This document shows, piece by piece, positions 17,180-27,066 of a DNA stretch of 64,000 nucleotides (the first letter of the stretch is position 1; each line of letters opens with the position of its first letter). The DNA is taken from NCBI GenBank assembly GCA_031962025.1, contig JAVRKW010000004.1, one strand, 5' to 3'. The position numbers and the translations under genes are program-made. The DNA comes from Pseudothermotoga sp. (GTDB lineage: Bacteria > Thermotogota > Thermotogae > Thermotogales > DSM-5069). Below the pieces are notes generated by a model. The model saw only the letters and a list, made by a program, of their open reading frames with translations. It did not search any database and had not been told where the DNA came from.

Positions 17180-17913
17180 ACCATCAGATTCTCAAGCCCC
17201 CAGGAAAACAGTTCCGGGAACCCCCTTTTTGAGAAATTCTGGTCGGATAATATCTCTGCGTAGGTAATAGTTCCTTCAACAAGGCGCTGAATTTTTGTGA
17301 GATACTTTATCATCAGATCTAAACAGCTTTTGTCGGAGAAATTTCCATGACCGGGTATGATCAGATCAGCCCTGTATTTTTTCAGCTCTTCAAGGGCATT
17401 CAACCACAGTTCCAGATCGCTGTCCTGTACAATTTCAGCATGAAAACCGTTGAAGACAAGATCACCGGTTATTAAGATTCTCTCCTGTTCGAAGAACACT
17501 ATCGAAGAATCTGGCGTATGCCCACCCACTCTTTTGATCAGTACCTGATCCTGCCTGTATTCGTCTTCGAATGTGACTGAAGCCGGTACAAGTTTGCCGG
17601 ACAAAGGTAGGTCTTTCAGGTACTGTTCGTCCATGAGCATCATTTTTTCGCGCGTCAGGCTTGAAGAAATTATTTGTTTGTCCTGGAAAACAAGATTGCC
17701 GAAGGTGTGATCGGGATGATAATGTGTGTTCACCAAAAAGAGAATATCTTTCTTGAGCAAGTTCTCAACAAACTCACGAATCTTCTGAGATTTTTCTGCG
17801 AACAACGATGTATCTACAATGATTGCGCCTTTTGGCTGTACAACCACAACGACATTTGCAGATCCTTCCGCACCTATAACAAAAACCCTTTCATTGATCT
17901 TTTGAATCATCAA
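17164..17913 (-). CDS. MBL-fold metallo-hydrolase
   Basis: THYHPDH, GGHT, TGD and IPGHG motifs. Confidence 0.9.
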   Translation of the reverse strand: MMIQKINERVFVIGAEGSANVVVVVQPKGAIIVDTSLFAEKSQKIREFVENLLKKDILFLVNTHYHPDHTFGNLVFQDKQIISSSLTREKMMLMDEQYLKDLPLSGKLVPASVTFEDEYRQDQVLIKRVGGHTPDSSIVFFEQERILITGDLVFNGFHAEIVQDSDLELWLNALEELKKYRADLIIPGHGNFSDKSCLDLMIKYLTKIQRLVEGTITYAEILSDQNFSKRGFPELFSWGLENLMVQRAK

Positions 17914-17970
17914 AATCCTCCCATTTGGTATAATCTCAATGTATCATTCTTCGGAGAGGGATGTTTTTCC

Positions 17971-18975
17971 TTGAAAAGCGCTTTAGTTTTTGGATACTAC
18001 GGATACGATAACCTTGGAGATGAACTGCTCTGCCAGGCAACCATTGATTTACTCAGAAAAGCTCGCTTTGACAGAGTGTATCTTCTTGTCCCAAAACACA
18101 GAATAAAAGACTACAAACAAAAATATGTTCATCCTGTCAACAGGTTTGATCCTATAAGTATTCTTAATGCCATACTGCACTCTGATTATGTGATATGCGG
18201 TGGAGGAGGCATATTTCAGGATCAAACAAGTCTGAGGAGTTTTGTTTATTATTCTTCGATAGTGATACTCTCGACACTGCTCGGTAAACCAGTGATACTG
18301 CTTGCTAACAGCATAGGTCCAATCAAGCGAAAGTTTTCAAGTAAGATCCTCAGGCACATGCTTTCTCATAGGAAGGTTTTTTTCATACCGAGGGACGGCG
18401 TCAGCGCAAGGTATGCCAGAAGGTTCAGCAAAAACGTCTACGAGGGGACAGATCTGGCTGTTATGGCGCTTGAAAAGATCCCAAATGGTTTTGAGAAAAA
18501 ACGCCAGGTGGCTTTCTGCTTGAAATCATCAATAGAGCTTTCTGAAATACTGAATTTTCTCAAATACATGGGAATTGAAAAATTCGTTCTGGCACCGCTC
18601 AGTCCGCAGGATGAAAAGCTTTCCATTGATCTTTTGAAAAAATATCCAGAACTTGAACTGTCCAATGACCCAATTGGCACCATAGCTTCTTCTTCGATGG
18701 TGATTTCTCAAAGAATGCATGGCTGTCTTATCTCGGCGTATTTTGGAGTGCCGTTCATTGCCATGAACAATTCAAAGGCAACAAGATTCATGAGAAAGTA
18801 CCTGCCCAAGTACGAAGGGTATGTCAGTGAAGAGACAGGCAGTATAATCATAGCGATCTCAAAATTGATTGAAAAGCCAATAGATATCAGAGAAAAACTG
18901 CTTTTGGATTCACAGAAAATGGAAGAAGAGTTTATGAAACTGTTAAAACTTCCCAGACATCGATTTGGTACTTGA
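17971..18975 (+). CDS. csaB: Polysaccharide pyruvyl transferase (CsaB family)
   Basis: GYYGYDNLGDE, GGGGIFQDQTSLRS and RMHG motifs. TTG start after GGAGAGGG. Confidence 0.85.
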   Translation: MKSALVFGYYGYDNLGDELLCQATIDLLRKARFDRVYLLVPKHRIKDYKQKYVHPVNRFDPISILNAILHSDYVICGGGGIFQDQTSLRSFVYYSSIVILSTLLGKPVILLANSIGPIKRKFSSKILRHMLSHRKVFFIPRDGVSARYARRFSKNVYEGTDLAVMALEKIPNGFEKKRQVAFCLKSSIELSEILNFLKYMGIEKFVLAPLSPQDEKLSIDLLKKYPELELSNDPIGTIASSSMVISQRMHGCLISAYFGVPFIAMNNSKATRFMRKYLPKYEGYVSEETGSIIIAISKLIEKPIDIREKLLLDSQKMEEEFMKLLKLPRHRFGT

Positions 18976-19000
18976 AAAATATAAAGCGGTATGATATCAT
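18972..19000 (+). promoter_or_regulatory. Sigma70-type promoter of the tRNA cluster
   Basis: TTGAAA, 17 bp spacer, TATCAT, with TG upstream of the -10. Confidence 0.7.
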
Positions 19001-19022
19001 CAAAATGCACTGTCGCTTGGAC

Positions 19023-19098
19023 GACCCGCTAGCTCAGCCGGAAGAGCACCTGACTTTTAATCAGGGGGTCCCGGGTTCGAGTCCCGGGCGGGTCACCA
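19023..19098 (+). tRNA. tRNA-Lys(TTT)
   Basis: Cloverleaf with anticodon arm CCTGA-CTTTTAA-TCAGG, GTTCGA T-loop and encoded CCA. Confidence 0.97.
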
Positions 19099-19100
19099 GA

Positions 19101-19188
19101 GCGAGAGTGGCGGAACTGGCAGACGCGCTGGACTTAGAATCCAGTGGACGATGAGTTCGTGTGGGTTCAAGTCCCACCTCTCGCACCA
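19101..19188 (+). tRNA. tRNA-Leu(TAG)
   Basis: CTGGA-CTTAGAA-TCCAG anticodon arm, long variable arm, CCA. Confidence 0.96.
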
Positions 19189-19192
19189 GATT

Positions 19193-19267
19193 GCGGGCGT
19201 AGCTCAGCGGTAGAGCGTCTGCTTGCCAAGCAGAAGGTCGCGGGTTCGAAACCCGTCGCCCGCTCCA
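19193..19267 (+). tRNA. tRNA-Gly(GCC)
   Basis: TCTGC-TTGCCAA-GCAGA anticodon arm, CCA. Confidence 0.97.
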
Positions 19268-19274
19268 AAAGATG

Positions 19275-19299
19275 CCCCCCAGAGCTTGGGGGGTTTTTC
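19275..19299 (+). terminator. Intrinsic terminator after the tRNA cluster
   Basis: CCCCCC-AGAGCTT-GGGGGG followed by TTTTT. Confidence 0.8.
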
Positions 19300-19314
19300 T
19301 TGATGAGGTGAGAA

Positions 19315-22098
19315 ATGCTCGATTTCATAAAAATCAAAGGGGCGCGTGTACACAACCTCAAAAATGTCTGTGTTCAGATCCCGAAGAATAAAATAACAGT
19401 AGTTACTGGCTTGTCTGGATCTGGAAAGTCAACTCTTGCAATGGATACGATTTATGCCGAAGGTCAGAGAAGGTACCTTGAATCACTGTCGACTTATGCA
19501 CGGCAATTTCTTGGAGAGCTGAAAAAACCGGATGTTGATTCCATTGAAGGTCTTTCTCCTGCGATTGCAATTGACCAGAAAAGCATTTCTCACAACCCCA
19601 GATCCACCGTTGGCACGACCACTGAGGTCTACGATTATTTAAGGGTTCTTTTTTCAAAAATAGGCGAGCCGCACTGCCCTTCATGCGGTAGACCCGTTGA
19701 AAAAAAAGACGTAGATCAAATCGTGAAAGATCTGTTTACAAAATTCAAACCAAAGACGAGGCTGTACATACTCTCTCCTGTGGTTACAGATAAAAAAGGT
19801 ACTTTCAAAAAGGAATTCTCCACATATCTTTCCAAAGGCTTTGTGAGAGCAGAGGTCGATGGCCAAATAGTGAGACTTGAGCAGATCGATGAACTTGACA
19901 AAAACAAAAGACACACCATAAAACTGGTGATCGACAGGCTCGAATTGAGCGAAGATGAAAGGCACAGGATCGCCGATGATATAGAAATAGCCTTTCGAGA
20001 AAGTTCCGGTTTTGTCCAGATAAGAGATGCCGATTCAAATGAAGAATTGATTTTCAGCCAGCACATGATGTGTCCCGTGTGCAACATAGGCCTTCCTGAG
20101 ATAAACCCAAAACTCTTCTCCTTCAACAACCCTTACGGGGCGTGCCCAAATTGCCACGGGCTCGGGTATAATCTTCAAATCGATCCACAACTGGTTGTTG
20201 ATGAAAGATTGAGTATTGATCAGGGTGCAATAATACCGTATCACAGCGATGGATATTATCTTTCGTATGTGAAAAGGCTGGTTCATGCGCTTGGGGGTTC
20301 TACCAGTGTGCCGTTTAAAGATTTGCCGCAACATGTTCAGGAAGCAGTCCTTTATGGATATGGAGATTTTGAAGGTATTGTCAACAATCTGGAAAGACGT
20401 TACAGAGAAACAGAGTCAGAAGATATCAAAGAATGGATTGAACGCAAATTCATCGTACAGAGAACCTGTCCTGTCTGTGGTGGTAAGAAACTCAAACCAG
20501 AAGCTCTGGCAGTCACGATAAAAGGTATGAACATAATCGATTTTACACAGATGACGATAGAGAAGGCTTACGAATTCATCTCAAACCTTCAGGCATCCTT
20601 TACAGAAAGAGAGCAGAAAATCGTTGGTGAGCTTGTGGAAGAAATTAAAAAACGTCTTCGCTTCATGCTGGATGTGGGACTGGGTTATCTGACGCTTTCA
20701 AGGACTGTGAATACCCTTTCTGGTGGAGAGGCTCAGAGAATCAGGCTTGCCACACAGATTGGTTCAGGTCTCACAGGAGTGACTTATGTGCTCGATGAAC
20801 CAACTATCGGTCTGCATCAGAGAGATAACATCAGACTGATAAATACACTGAAAAAACTGAGAGACCTTGGTAATACCGTGATCGTAGTTGAACACGACGA
20901 AGAGGTCATCAGAAATGCCGATTATATAGTAGATCTGGGACCACTTGGTGGTGAAAACGGCGGTCAGGTCGTCTATTCTGGTCCTGTGGATGGTTTGCTG
21001 AACAATCCTGATGGTTCTTTAACGGGACAGTATCTATCTGGCTTGAAAAGGATAGATTATCCCAAGGTGCGCCGAACGGGCAATGGTAAGAAGCTCAGGA
21101 TTGTCGGTGCAAAGCACAATAATTTGAAAAATATAACAATAGAAATTCCACTCGGGACATTTGTGTGTGTAACGGGTGTCTCTGGTTCGGGAAAGTCTTC
21201 ACTCATACTCGACACACTCTATCCAGCTCTTATGAATGAAATCTACAAAACAAGGTTGCCAGTTGGTGCACATGAAAAAATCGAGGGCATAGAAAACATA
21301 GACAAAGTAATAGCCATAGATCAATCACCAATAGGCAGGACACCCAGAAGCAACCCCGCGACATACACCAAAGTCTTCGACGATATTAGGGAACTCTTTG
21401 CTATGACCCCTGAGGCAAAGGCAAGGGGTTATGACAAAAGCAGATTCAGTTTCAATTTGAAAGGTGGCAGATGCGAAGCCTGTCAGGGACATGGATTTGT
21501 GAGAATTGAAATGCTTTTTTTGCCTGATGTGTATGTCGAATGCGAAGTCTGCAAAGGCAGACGGTACAACGAAGAAACACTGCAGGTGAGGTATAAAGGA
21601 AAGAATATACATGAAGTTCTGCAGATGTCTGTCGATGAGGCACTGGAGTTTTTCAGAAATGTTCCACACATTTTTCGTACTCTGAATTTGCTCTCAGAAG
21701 TGGGACTTGGTTATATAAAACTCGGTCAGCCTGCCACGACTCTTTCCGGAGGAGAATCTCAGAGAGTAAAACTCGCTTCAGAGTTGAAAAAAATTGCCAC
21801 CGGCAGAACGATTTACATACTCGACGAGCCGACGGTGGGACTGCATTTTGAAGACGTCAAGAAATTGATCGCGGTTTTGCATAGACTGGTCGACAAAGGT
21901 AATACCGTCATAGTGATCGAGCACAATTTGGATGTCATCAAAAATGCAGATTATGTGATCGATCTTGGTCCGGAAGGTGGAGACGAGGGCGGTTATCTGA
22001 TCGCATACGGAACACCAGAGCAGGTTGCAAAAGTCAGTTCTTCCCACACTGGAAGGTTTCTGAGTGAGATTCTGAAGAAAGATGAGGTGATAGGATGA
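19315..22098 (+). CDS. uvrA: Excinuclease ABC subunit UvrA
   Basis: Two Walker A motifs ([16 protein letters not shown]), LSGGE signatures, zinc fingers. Confidence 0.98.
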   Translation: MLDFIKIKGARVHNLKNVCVQIPKNKITVVTGLSGSGKSTLAMDTIYAEGQRRYLESLSTYARQFLGELKKPDVDSIEGLSPAIAIDQKSISHNPRSTVGTTTEVYDYLRVLFSKIGEPHCPSCGRPVEKKDVDQIVKDLFTKFKPKTRLYILSPVVTDKKGTFKKEFSTYLSKGFVRAEVDGQIVRLEQIDELDKNKRHTIKLVIDRLELSEDERHRIADDIEIAFRESSGFVQIRDADSNEELIFSQHMMCPVCNIGLPEINPKLFSFNNPYGACPNCHGLGYNLQIDPQLVVDERLSIDQGAIIPYHSDGYYLSYVKRLVHALGGSTSVPFKDLPQHVQEAVLYGYGDFEGIVNNLERRYRETESEDIKEWIERKFIVQRTCPVCGGKKLKPEALAVTIKGMNIIDFTQMTIEKAYEFISNLQASFTEREQKIVGELVEEIKKRLRFMLDVGLGYLTLSRTVNTLSGGEAQRIRLATQIGSGLTGVTYVLDEPTIGLHQRDNIRLINTLKKLRDLGNTVIVVEHDEEVIRNADYIVDLGPLGGENGGQVVYSGPVDGLLNNPDGSLTGQYLSGLKRIDYPKVRRTGNGKKLRIVGAKHNNLKNITIEIPLGTFVCVTGVSGSGKSSLILDTLYPALMNEIYKTRLPVGAHEKIEGIENIDKVIAIDQSPIGRTPRSNPATYTKVFDDIRELFAMTPEAKARGYDKSRFSFNLKGGRCEACQGHGFVRIEMLFLPDVYVECEVCKGRRYNEETLQVRYKGKNIHEVLQMSVDEALEFFRNVPHIFRTLNLLSEVGLGYIKLGQPATTLSGGESQRVKLASELKKIATGRTIYILDEPTVGLHFEDVKKLIAVLHRLVDKGNTVIVIEHNLDVIKNADYVIDLGPEGGDEGGYLIAYGTPEQVAKVSSSHTGRFLSEILKKDEVIG

Positions 22099-23813
22099 GA
22101 AAATCACTCACATTTCTTTTTCTGCTCGGCTGTCTGGTGATTTTTTCTTACAATTTTTATTTTGCCAACATCCACGCACATACAGGTTTTTCAGATGGTC
22201 GGGGCACACCTGCTGAAGCTTATAGTTATGCAAAAAAATACGTCAATGTTCAGGGCTTGACAGATCATGCTTATTACTTCAGACAGACTGTTAATGGTAT
22301 GGACAAACTTTTTTTGACAAAATCAACTGCCCAGCAGATAACGGAAAATGGAAAATTCGTTGCTCTGTGGGGGTTTGAATGGACCGGTGGTGTTGGGCAC
22401 ATAAATGTTTATGGAACAGAGAAGTGGACAGATAGAAATGAATCCGATCTGAAAGCTCTTTATAAATGGATTGTTCAAAATAATGCGCTTGCTCAGTTTA
22501 ACCACCCCGGTGCGACCTACGGCAATTTTTATGATTTTGACTACGATCTTGAGGCAGATCAATACATAAATCTCATCGAAGTGGGCAACGGTAATACCTC
22601 AAACAGGACAATAACCAAGGAAATGTATTCAAATTACAAACTGGCATTGAATAAAGGATGGCATGTGGGAGCGACGGCTAATCAGGACAATCACAGAGAC
22701 AACTGGGGCTCTGCAAACGATACCAGAACTGTTATAGTCGCAGATTCGCTTACATACGAATCCATCATGGATGCTTTGAAAAACAGACGGGTATATGCCA
22801 GCGAAGATAAAACTGCAAAAGTGACTTTCAAATGCAACGGTCAGTGGATGGGCTCGATTCTAAAAGACGCAACTCAACTGGTTTTCGAGATTGAACTGCA
22901 GGATGATGAACCTTTTCTTGAAGCAACTCTGGTCTCTCAGAGTGGGGATGTGAAAAGCTGGAAGATAAATTCAAACCAGTTCAAGACACAGTACACCTGT
23001 GAACCTACCGATGGCTACGAGTGGTATTTCTTGTACGTGATTCAGAAAGACTACGATGAGATCATCACTGCTCCAATCTGGGTTCAGCACGGTGATGTTT
23101 ACGTGGTTAATCTGAGAGCAAATTCTCAAGAAAGCAAAGCTGATGTGTATTTTGATCTGATAAACAGCTCTTATGAATCCACTCAATGTGATCTTCAAAT
23201 CTATGTGTCTGATCAGGTTCAGTCTTTAAAAACTCCTGTTGATACTCGAACAAAAAAGGAAATCAAAGTTCACTTTGACAATTTAACTTCAGGAACTTAT
23301 TGTGTAACTGTCTTTCTAAATGGTCAAAAGGCGCAAACAGGTCTGATAGAGGTGAAGGCAAATTCTGTAACGATAGATCTATCACATGAGAACGCATACC
23401 AGAATTTCTGGAAATCTGTGGGAGAATATCTTGAAAAACAGGGGTTTGAGATCAAGTACAGTTCGACGTACTTCAAGAAAGTTCCAGCCACTTACTGCAT
23501 TTTTTTGGCTCTTCCAAAAAAAGATGGCTTTGCTGAGTCGATGGCTTTGAATGATTTTGAAATAGATAATCTTGTCTCTTATTATCAAAACGGCGGTAAG
23601 ATCGTCTTTGTGGCTTTATCCGATTCCACAGTGCATGAGAGCTACAACAAACTCTTGGAAAGACTTTCAACAAAAGTGAGATTTGTGCAGACAGATAGGG
23701 TTCTGTTCAAAGTGGAAGATCTACTTTTCGACAGATACATTGATAATTCAATCTTTTTCATATCATGCCAGCAGCCAGATGATTTACTCAAATTCATCGG
23801 AGGAAGGTTATGA
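22095..23813 (+). CDS. Exported PHP-domain metallohydrolase (CehA/McbA-like)
   Basis: Signal-like N-terminus. [16 protein letters not shown] and QDNH metal ligands. Confidence 0.75.
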   Translation: MRKSLTFLFLLGCLVIFSYNFYFANIHAHTGFSDGRGTPAEAYSYAKKYVNVQGLTDHAYYFRQTVNGMDKLFLTKSTAQQITENGKFVALWGFEWTGGVGHINVYGTEKWTDRNESDLKALYKWIVQNNALAQFNHPGATYGNFYDFDYDLEADQYINLIEVGNGNTSNRTITKEMYSNYKLALNKGWHVGATANQDNHRDNWGSANDTRTVIVADSLTYESIMDALKNRRVYASEDKTAKVTFKCNGQWMGSILKDATQLVFEIELQDDEPFLEATLVSQSGDVKSWKINSNQFKTQYTCEPTDGYEWYFLYVIQKDYDEIITAPIWVQHGDVYVVNLRANSQESKADVYFDLINSSYESTQCDLQIYVSDQVQSLKTPVDTRTKKEIKVHFDNLTSGTYCVTVFLNGQKAQTGLIEVKANSVTIDLSHENAYQNFWKSVGEYLEKQGFEIKYSSTYFKKVPATYCIFLALPKKDGFAESMALNDFEIDNLVSYYQNGGKIVFVALSDSTVHESYNKLLERLSTKVRFVQTDRVLFKVEDLLFDRYIDNSIFFISCQQPDDLLKFIGGRL

Positions 23814-24469
23814 GAATATTCGCACTCGACACCTCCTCAGAAAGACTGGTGCTGTGTTACGCAGACGAACAGGACATTTTAACTCTCACTTACAGAGGTG
23901 TGGAAAGACACGCAAGTAAGCTTGCACCTATTGTGAAGGACTTTCTCAACTGTGCGGGCAGACCTATTGAAAGCATAGATTATTTCGGATGCGGCGTTGG
24001 ACCAGGCAGCCTGACCGGCATCAGAATAGGACTGGCATTCATTCAGGGCATGGCTTGTTCTCTTTCTAAGTACGTCGTGCCGGTTGTTTCCTTTGAACTT
24101 GTTGCGGCTAATTTTTCTTACCACCATGGCGAGGTGGTAATTGTCAAAAAGGCAAGAGAAGATTATGTGTACTTTGCATACTACAAAAACGGTGAACAGA
24201 TAGCAGCACCAGCCGTTATGGAAATCAGCAGTGCGGTGAATTTTATAAAAAATCTAAAAGATCCCATCTTAGCCGGAGATGCAAAGCATTACTTTAAAGA
24301 CTTGGGGAAAGTATGCCCTGATGAGCTTGAAGGTATAAACGGAGAAGTTCTTGCAAAAACAGTGCTTGCCAGAGCAAGAGACAAAATGGTTATAGAGCCA
24401 AAGGAGCTTGAACCGCTGTATCTGCAAAAATCCATAGCGGAGATGAATTTCGAGAAAAAACAGTGCTGA
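23810..24469 (+). CDS. tsaB: tRNA t6A biosynthesis protein TsaB
   Basis: ALDTS, GVGPGSLTGIRIG and LEPLYL motifs. Confidence 0.93.
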   Translation: MRIFALDTSSERLVLCYADEQDILTLTYRGVERHASKLAPIVKDFLNCAGRPIESIDYFGCGVGPGSLTGIRIGLAFIQGMACSLSKYVVPVVSFELVAANFSYHHGEVVIVKKAREDYVYFAYYKNGEQIAAPAVMEISSAVNFIKNLKDPILAGDAKHYFKDLGKVCPDELEGINGEVLAKTVLARARDKMVIEPKELEPLYLQKSIAEMNFEKKQC

Positions 24470-24472
24470 AAC

Positions 24473-26845
24473 TCATTTTCTTTTTCTTTTTATTTTTCTT
24501 TTTTCACCTTTACCTTCAGCAAGTTCCTTGGCTTTTTTAAGTGCTCTGACAACCAGATCGTTTACTGATCCACGCTGATAGGCACCTGAACGGGTTATCT
24601 TACCGGCTTTTCTGCCTGTCAGAATCTCTATGGCTTGGTCTACATGTTCAACTGCCCAGATGTGAAATAGTCCTTTTTGTATATCACTGAGAACTTCTTC
24701 TTTGAGCACCAAGTTTTTCAAATTGGCTTTTGGTATGATCACTCCCTGACTTCCCGTCAACCCTCGCAATCTGCATGCCCTGTGAAAACCTTCGACCTTC
24801 TCGGTAACTCCACCAACCGGTTGCACTTCTCCATGCTGATTCATAGAGCCAGTCACGGCTATCTGCTGATCAACAGGTACTCTGGCAATAGCACTTATGA
24901 GTGCTACAACTTCTGCCACAGATGCACTATCTCCCTCGACTATTCCATACACCTGTTCAAAGCTCAACGAAGCACTTATGGATAGTGGTACATACTGTGC
25001 ATAACGCTCACCGAAAAATCCTTCTATTGTCAGAACGGCTTTGCTGTGGACTTTGCCGCTTAAATCTGATTCTCTTTGTATGTCAACGACACCGGGTTTA
25101 CCAAGATGAACTCTTGCCGTTATTTTCACGGGAATTCCAAAGCTGTGATCTAAAAGGTCAAAAACTGTCAAGCCATTGACCTGACCTATCTTCTTTCCAG
25201 TTGTTTCAACCATTAAATCGTGCGATTTTATCTGGGCATCGTACTTGGTCTGGATCAAATTGACTCTCTCTTCCATCTGATCTATCGCTCTTTTAACATC
25301 TTCTTCGCGGACAAATTTTTCGTTGCGCTGTGAAGCTATACTGCATGACTCTCTTATCAATCCGCTTATTTCTCCAAACCGAACGGAGAGTTTTTCTCTG
25401 TCTGATGCGAGTCTTGAGGAATACCACAGTACTCTTTCGATAGCCTTTCTTTCCAGATGAGATAGTTGATATCGACAGCACGTTGATGAAATAAAACCAA
25501 GGTATTTTTTGACATTTTCTTCATTGGCATCGATTTCCCAGTCGAACTCGCTTTTTACCCTGAAGAGCTTTCTTACATCCTCATCATAGGTGTACATCAG
25601 ATAATAGAGCCTTGGAGAGGCAATCAGAAAAACTTTGATGTTCAGCGGTATTGGCTGTGGTCTGAGAGAGACTATGTTTGAAAATCCAAGTGCGCTTTCC
25701 AGGTTTTCTATACCGATCTCTTCAGAAAGCAATGCCCTTTTGAGGTACTCCCAAGCGTACGGGTTTTTCAACAAACTCTCCGCTTCGAGTATCAAAAATC
25801 CACCGTTTGCTCTGTGTAATGCACCGGCTTTTATGAATGTGAAATCGGTGAATAACATTCCACCCCTGCTGTAATACTCAACTTTTCCTGCCAGATTGGA
25901 GTAGGTTGGATTTCTTTCATACACCACCGGCGCACCCGTGGTGTTTGAGTTATCCACTATCAAATTCACCGAATATCTTTTTTTGTAAAGCTGTCTGATT
26001 TCAGATTCTTCACTTCTCAGATCGTTCAGATTGTTCAATACATCATTTTCAACATCTGTAAGGTACTGAAATACATCGTAATTCGATTCATACTGCTTGC
26101 GAATCTCATCAAAAAGTGCTCCAATCGTGAAAAGTGCGGCGTATCTGTCCAGCTCTTTGAGTTTTTCTTTGTACTCCCGGTCGAGTTTCCTTGATCTGTA
26201 CAGAGTACCTTCTATGATATGCTTGAGCTTTCTACTGTTTTCGTTGAAAGCCTGTTTTACGTCTTCGGGCAGTGAATCGAGGACTTCCTGGGTAACAGGT
26301 TTACCATCGTAGATTGGGACACTCACGACACCAGTGGGAGTTAGCTGAACCGAAAAACCAAGTTCTCTGGCTTTTTGCTGTAGATTCTCCCACAGTTGAG
26401 TCTTCTGGTTCATATAATCGTCTTCCAGTTCCGATTTCTTGGCTGCGTAATCTTCGCTTTCGAATATTTTTTCGAGTGATTCGATCACTTCTTCCGATAA
26501 TTTCTGCATATCCGATTTAAATTGTTGACCTTTTCCCGGCTCGAGTGAGATGGCTTTTGGTTCGGATGGGTTTGAAAAGTTGTAGACATATACCCAGTCT
26601 CTGGGAGTAGGCATTTTCAGGGCTTCTTTTTCAAGAAATGAGGTTACAAAACTTCTTCTGCCAGTTCCGGGTATACCAACCACAAAGACGTTGAATCCTT
26701 TTTCGTTTATCTTCAGAGCTTCTTCAACGGCTTTTTTTGCTTTTTCCTGTCCTATGAATCCTTCCACCGGTTCGAGCTCAGCGCTCGTGGAAAAATCTGG
26801 CAGGTACGGGCATTTGTAAACAAGATCCTGATAATCTACTTTCAT
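24473..26845 (-). CDS. Lon-like protease, LonC type (S16)
   Basis: GALHRANGG. Catalytic EGDSAS and later Lys (TEKVEGF). Degenerate Walker A GIPGTGRRS. Confidence 0.9.
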   Translation of the reverse strand: MKVDYQDLVYKCPYLPDFSTSAELEPVEGFIGQEKAKKAVEEALKINEKGFNVFVVGIPGTGRRSFVTSFLEKEALKMPTPRDWVYVYNFSNPSEPKAISLEPGKGQQFKSDMQKLSEEVIESLEKIFESEDYAAKKSELEDDYMNQKTQLWENLQQKARELGFSVQLTPTGVVSVPIYDGKPVTQEVLDSLPEDVKQAFNENSRKLKHIIEGTLYRSRKLDREYKEKLKELDRYAALFTIGALFDEIRKQYESNYDVFQYLTDVENDVLNNLNDLRSEESEIRQLYKKRYSVNLIVDNSNTTGAPVVYERNPTYSNLAGKVEYYSRGGMLFTDFTFIKAGALHRANGGFLILEAESLLKNPYAWEYLKRALLSEEIGIENLESALGFSNIVSLRPQPIPLNIKVFLIASPRLYYLMYTYDEDVRKLFRVKSEFDWEIDANEENVKKYLGFISSTCCRYQLSHLERKAIERVLWYSSRLASDREKLSVRFGEISGLIRESCSIASQRNEKFVREEDVKRAIDQMEERVNLIQTKYDAQIKSHDLMVETTGKKIGQVNGLTVFDLLDHSFGIPVKITARVHLGKPGVVDIQRESDLSGKVHSKAVLTIEGFFGERYAQYVPLSISASLSFEQVYGIVEGDSASVAEVVALISAIARVPVDQQIAVTGSMNQHGEVQPVGGVTEKVEGFHRACRLRGLTGSQGVIIPKANLKNLVLKEEVLSDIQKGLFHIWAVEHVDQAIEILTGRKAGKITRSGAYQRGSVNDLVVRALKKAKELAEGKGEKRKIKRKRK

Positions 26846-26860
26846 CTATTTTCACTCCCA

Positions 26861-27055
26861 TCAGGAACATCCACTGCAGCCCGAACAGCCTTTGGATGAA
26901 CAAGAAGAGCCAGTGGAACCTTTTATCTGAATTTTTGGCAGTTGCTTTGTCATTTTTTTGCCACATTCAGGGCACTGTGGGTCTTTGTCTTTCATGCTCA
27001 TGAGCATTTTGTACTCTTTTTTGCAGTTTTCACAGTAATAACGATAAATAGGCAC
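26861..27055 (-). CDS. FmdB family zinc-ribbon protein
   Basis: MPIYRYYCENC...CPECG with a Cys/Ser-rich tail. Confidence 0.85.
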   Translation of the reverse strand: MPIYRYYCENCKKEYKMLMSMKDKDPQCPECGKKMTKQLPKIQIKGSTGSSCSSKGCSGCSGCS

Positions 27056-27066
27056 AGTTCACCACC

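Noticed and set aside
17674..17970. N-terminal extension of csaB given by the ORF track
   Set aside because: Overlaps the opposite-strand MBL gene. Family homology and an RBS begin at TTG 17971.
19023..19300. tRNA cluster as an integration site
   Set aside because: Followed directly by a terminator and uvrA. The similar sequence at 63410-63484 is a complete tRNA-Gly(CCC) on the opposite strand, not an att duplicate.
18972..19361. Small ORFs across the tRNA cluster
   Set aside because: They are translations of tRNA sequence.
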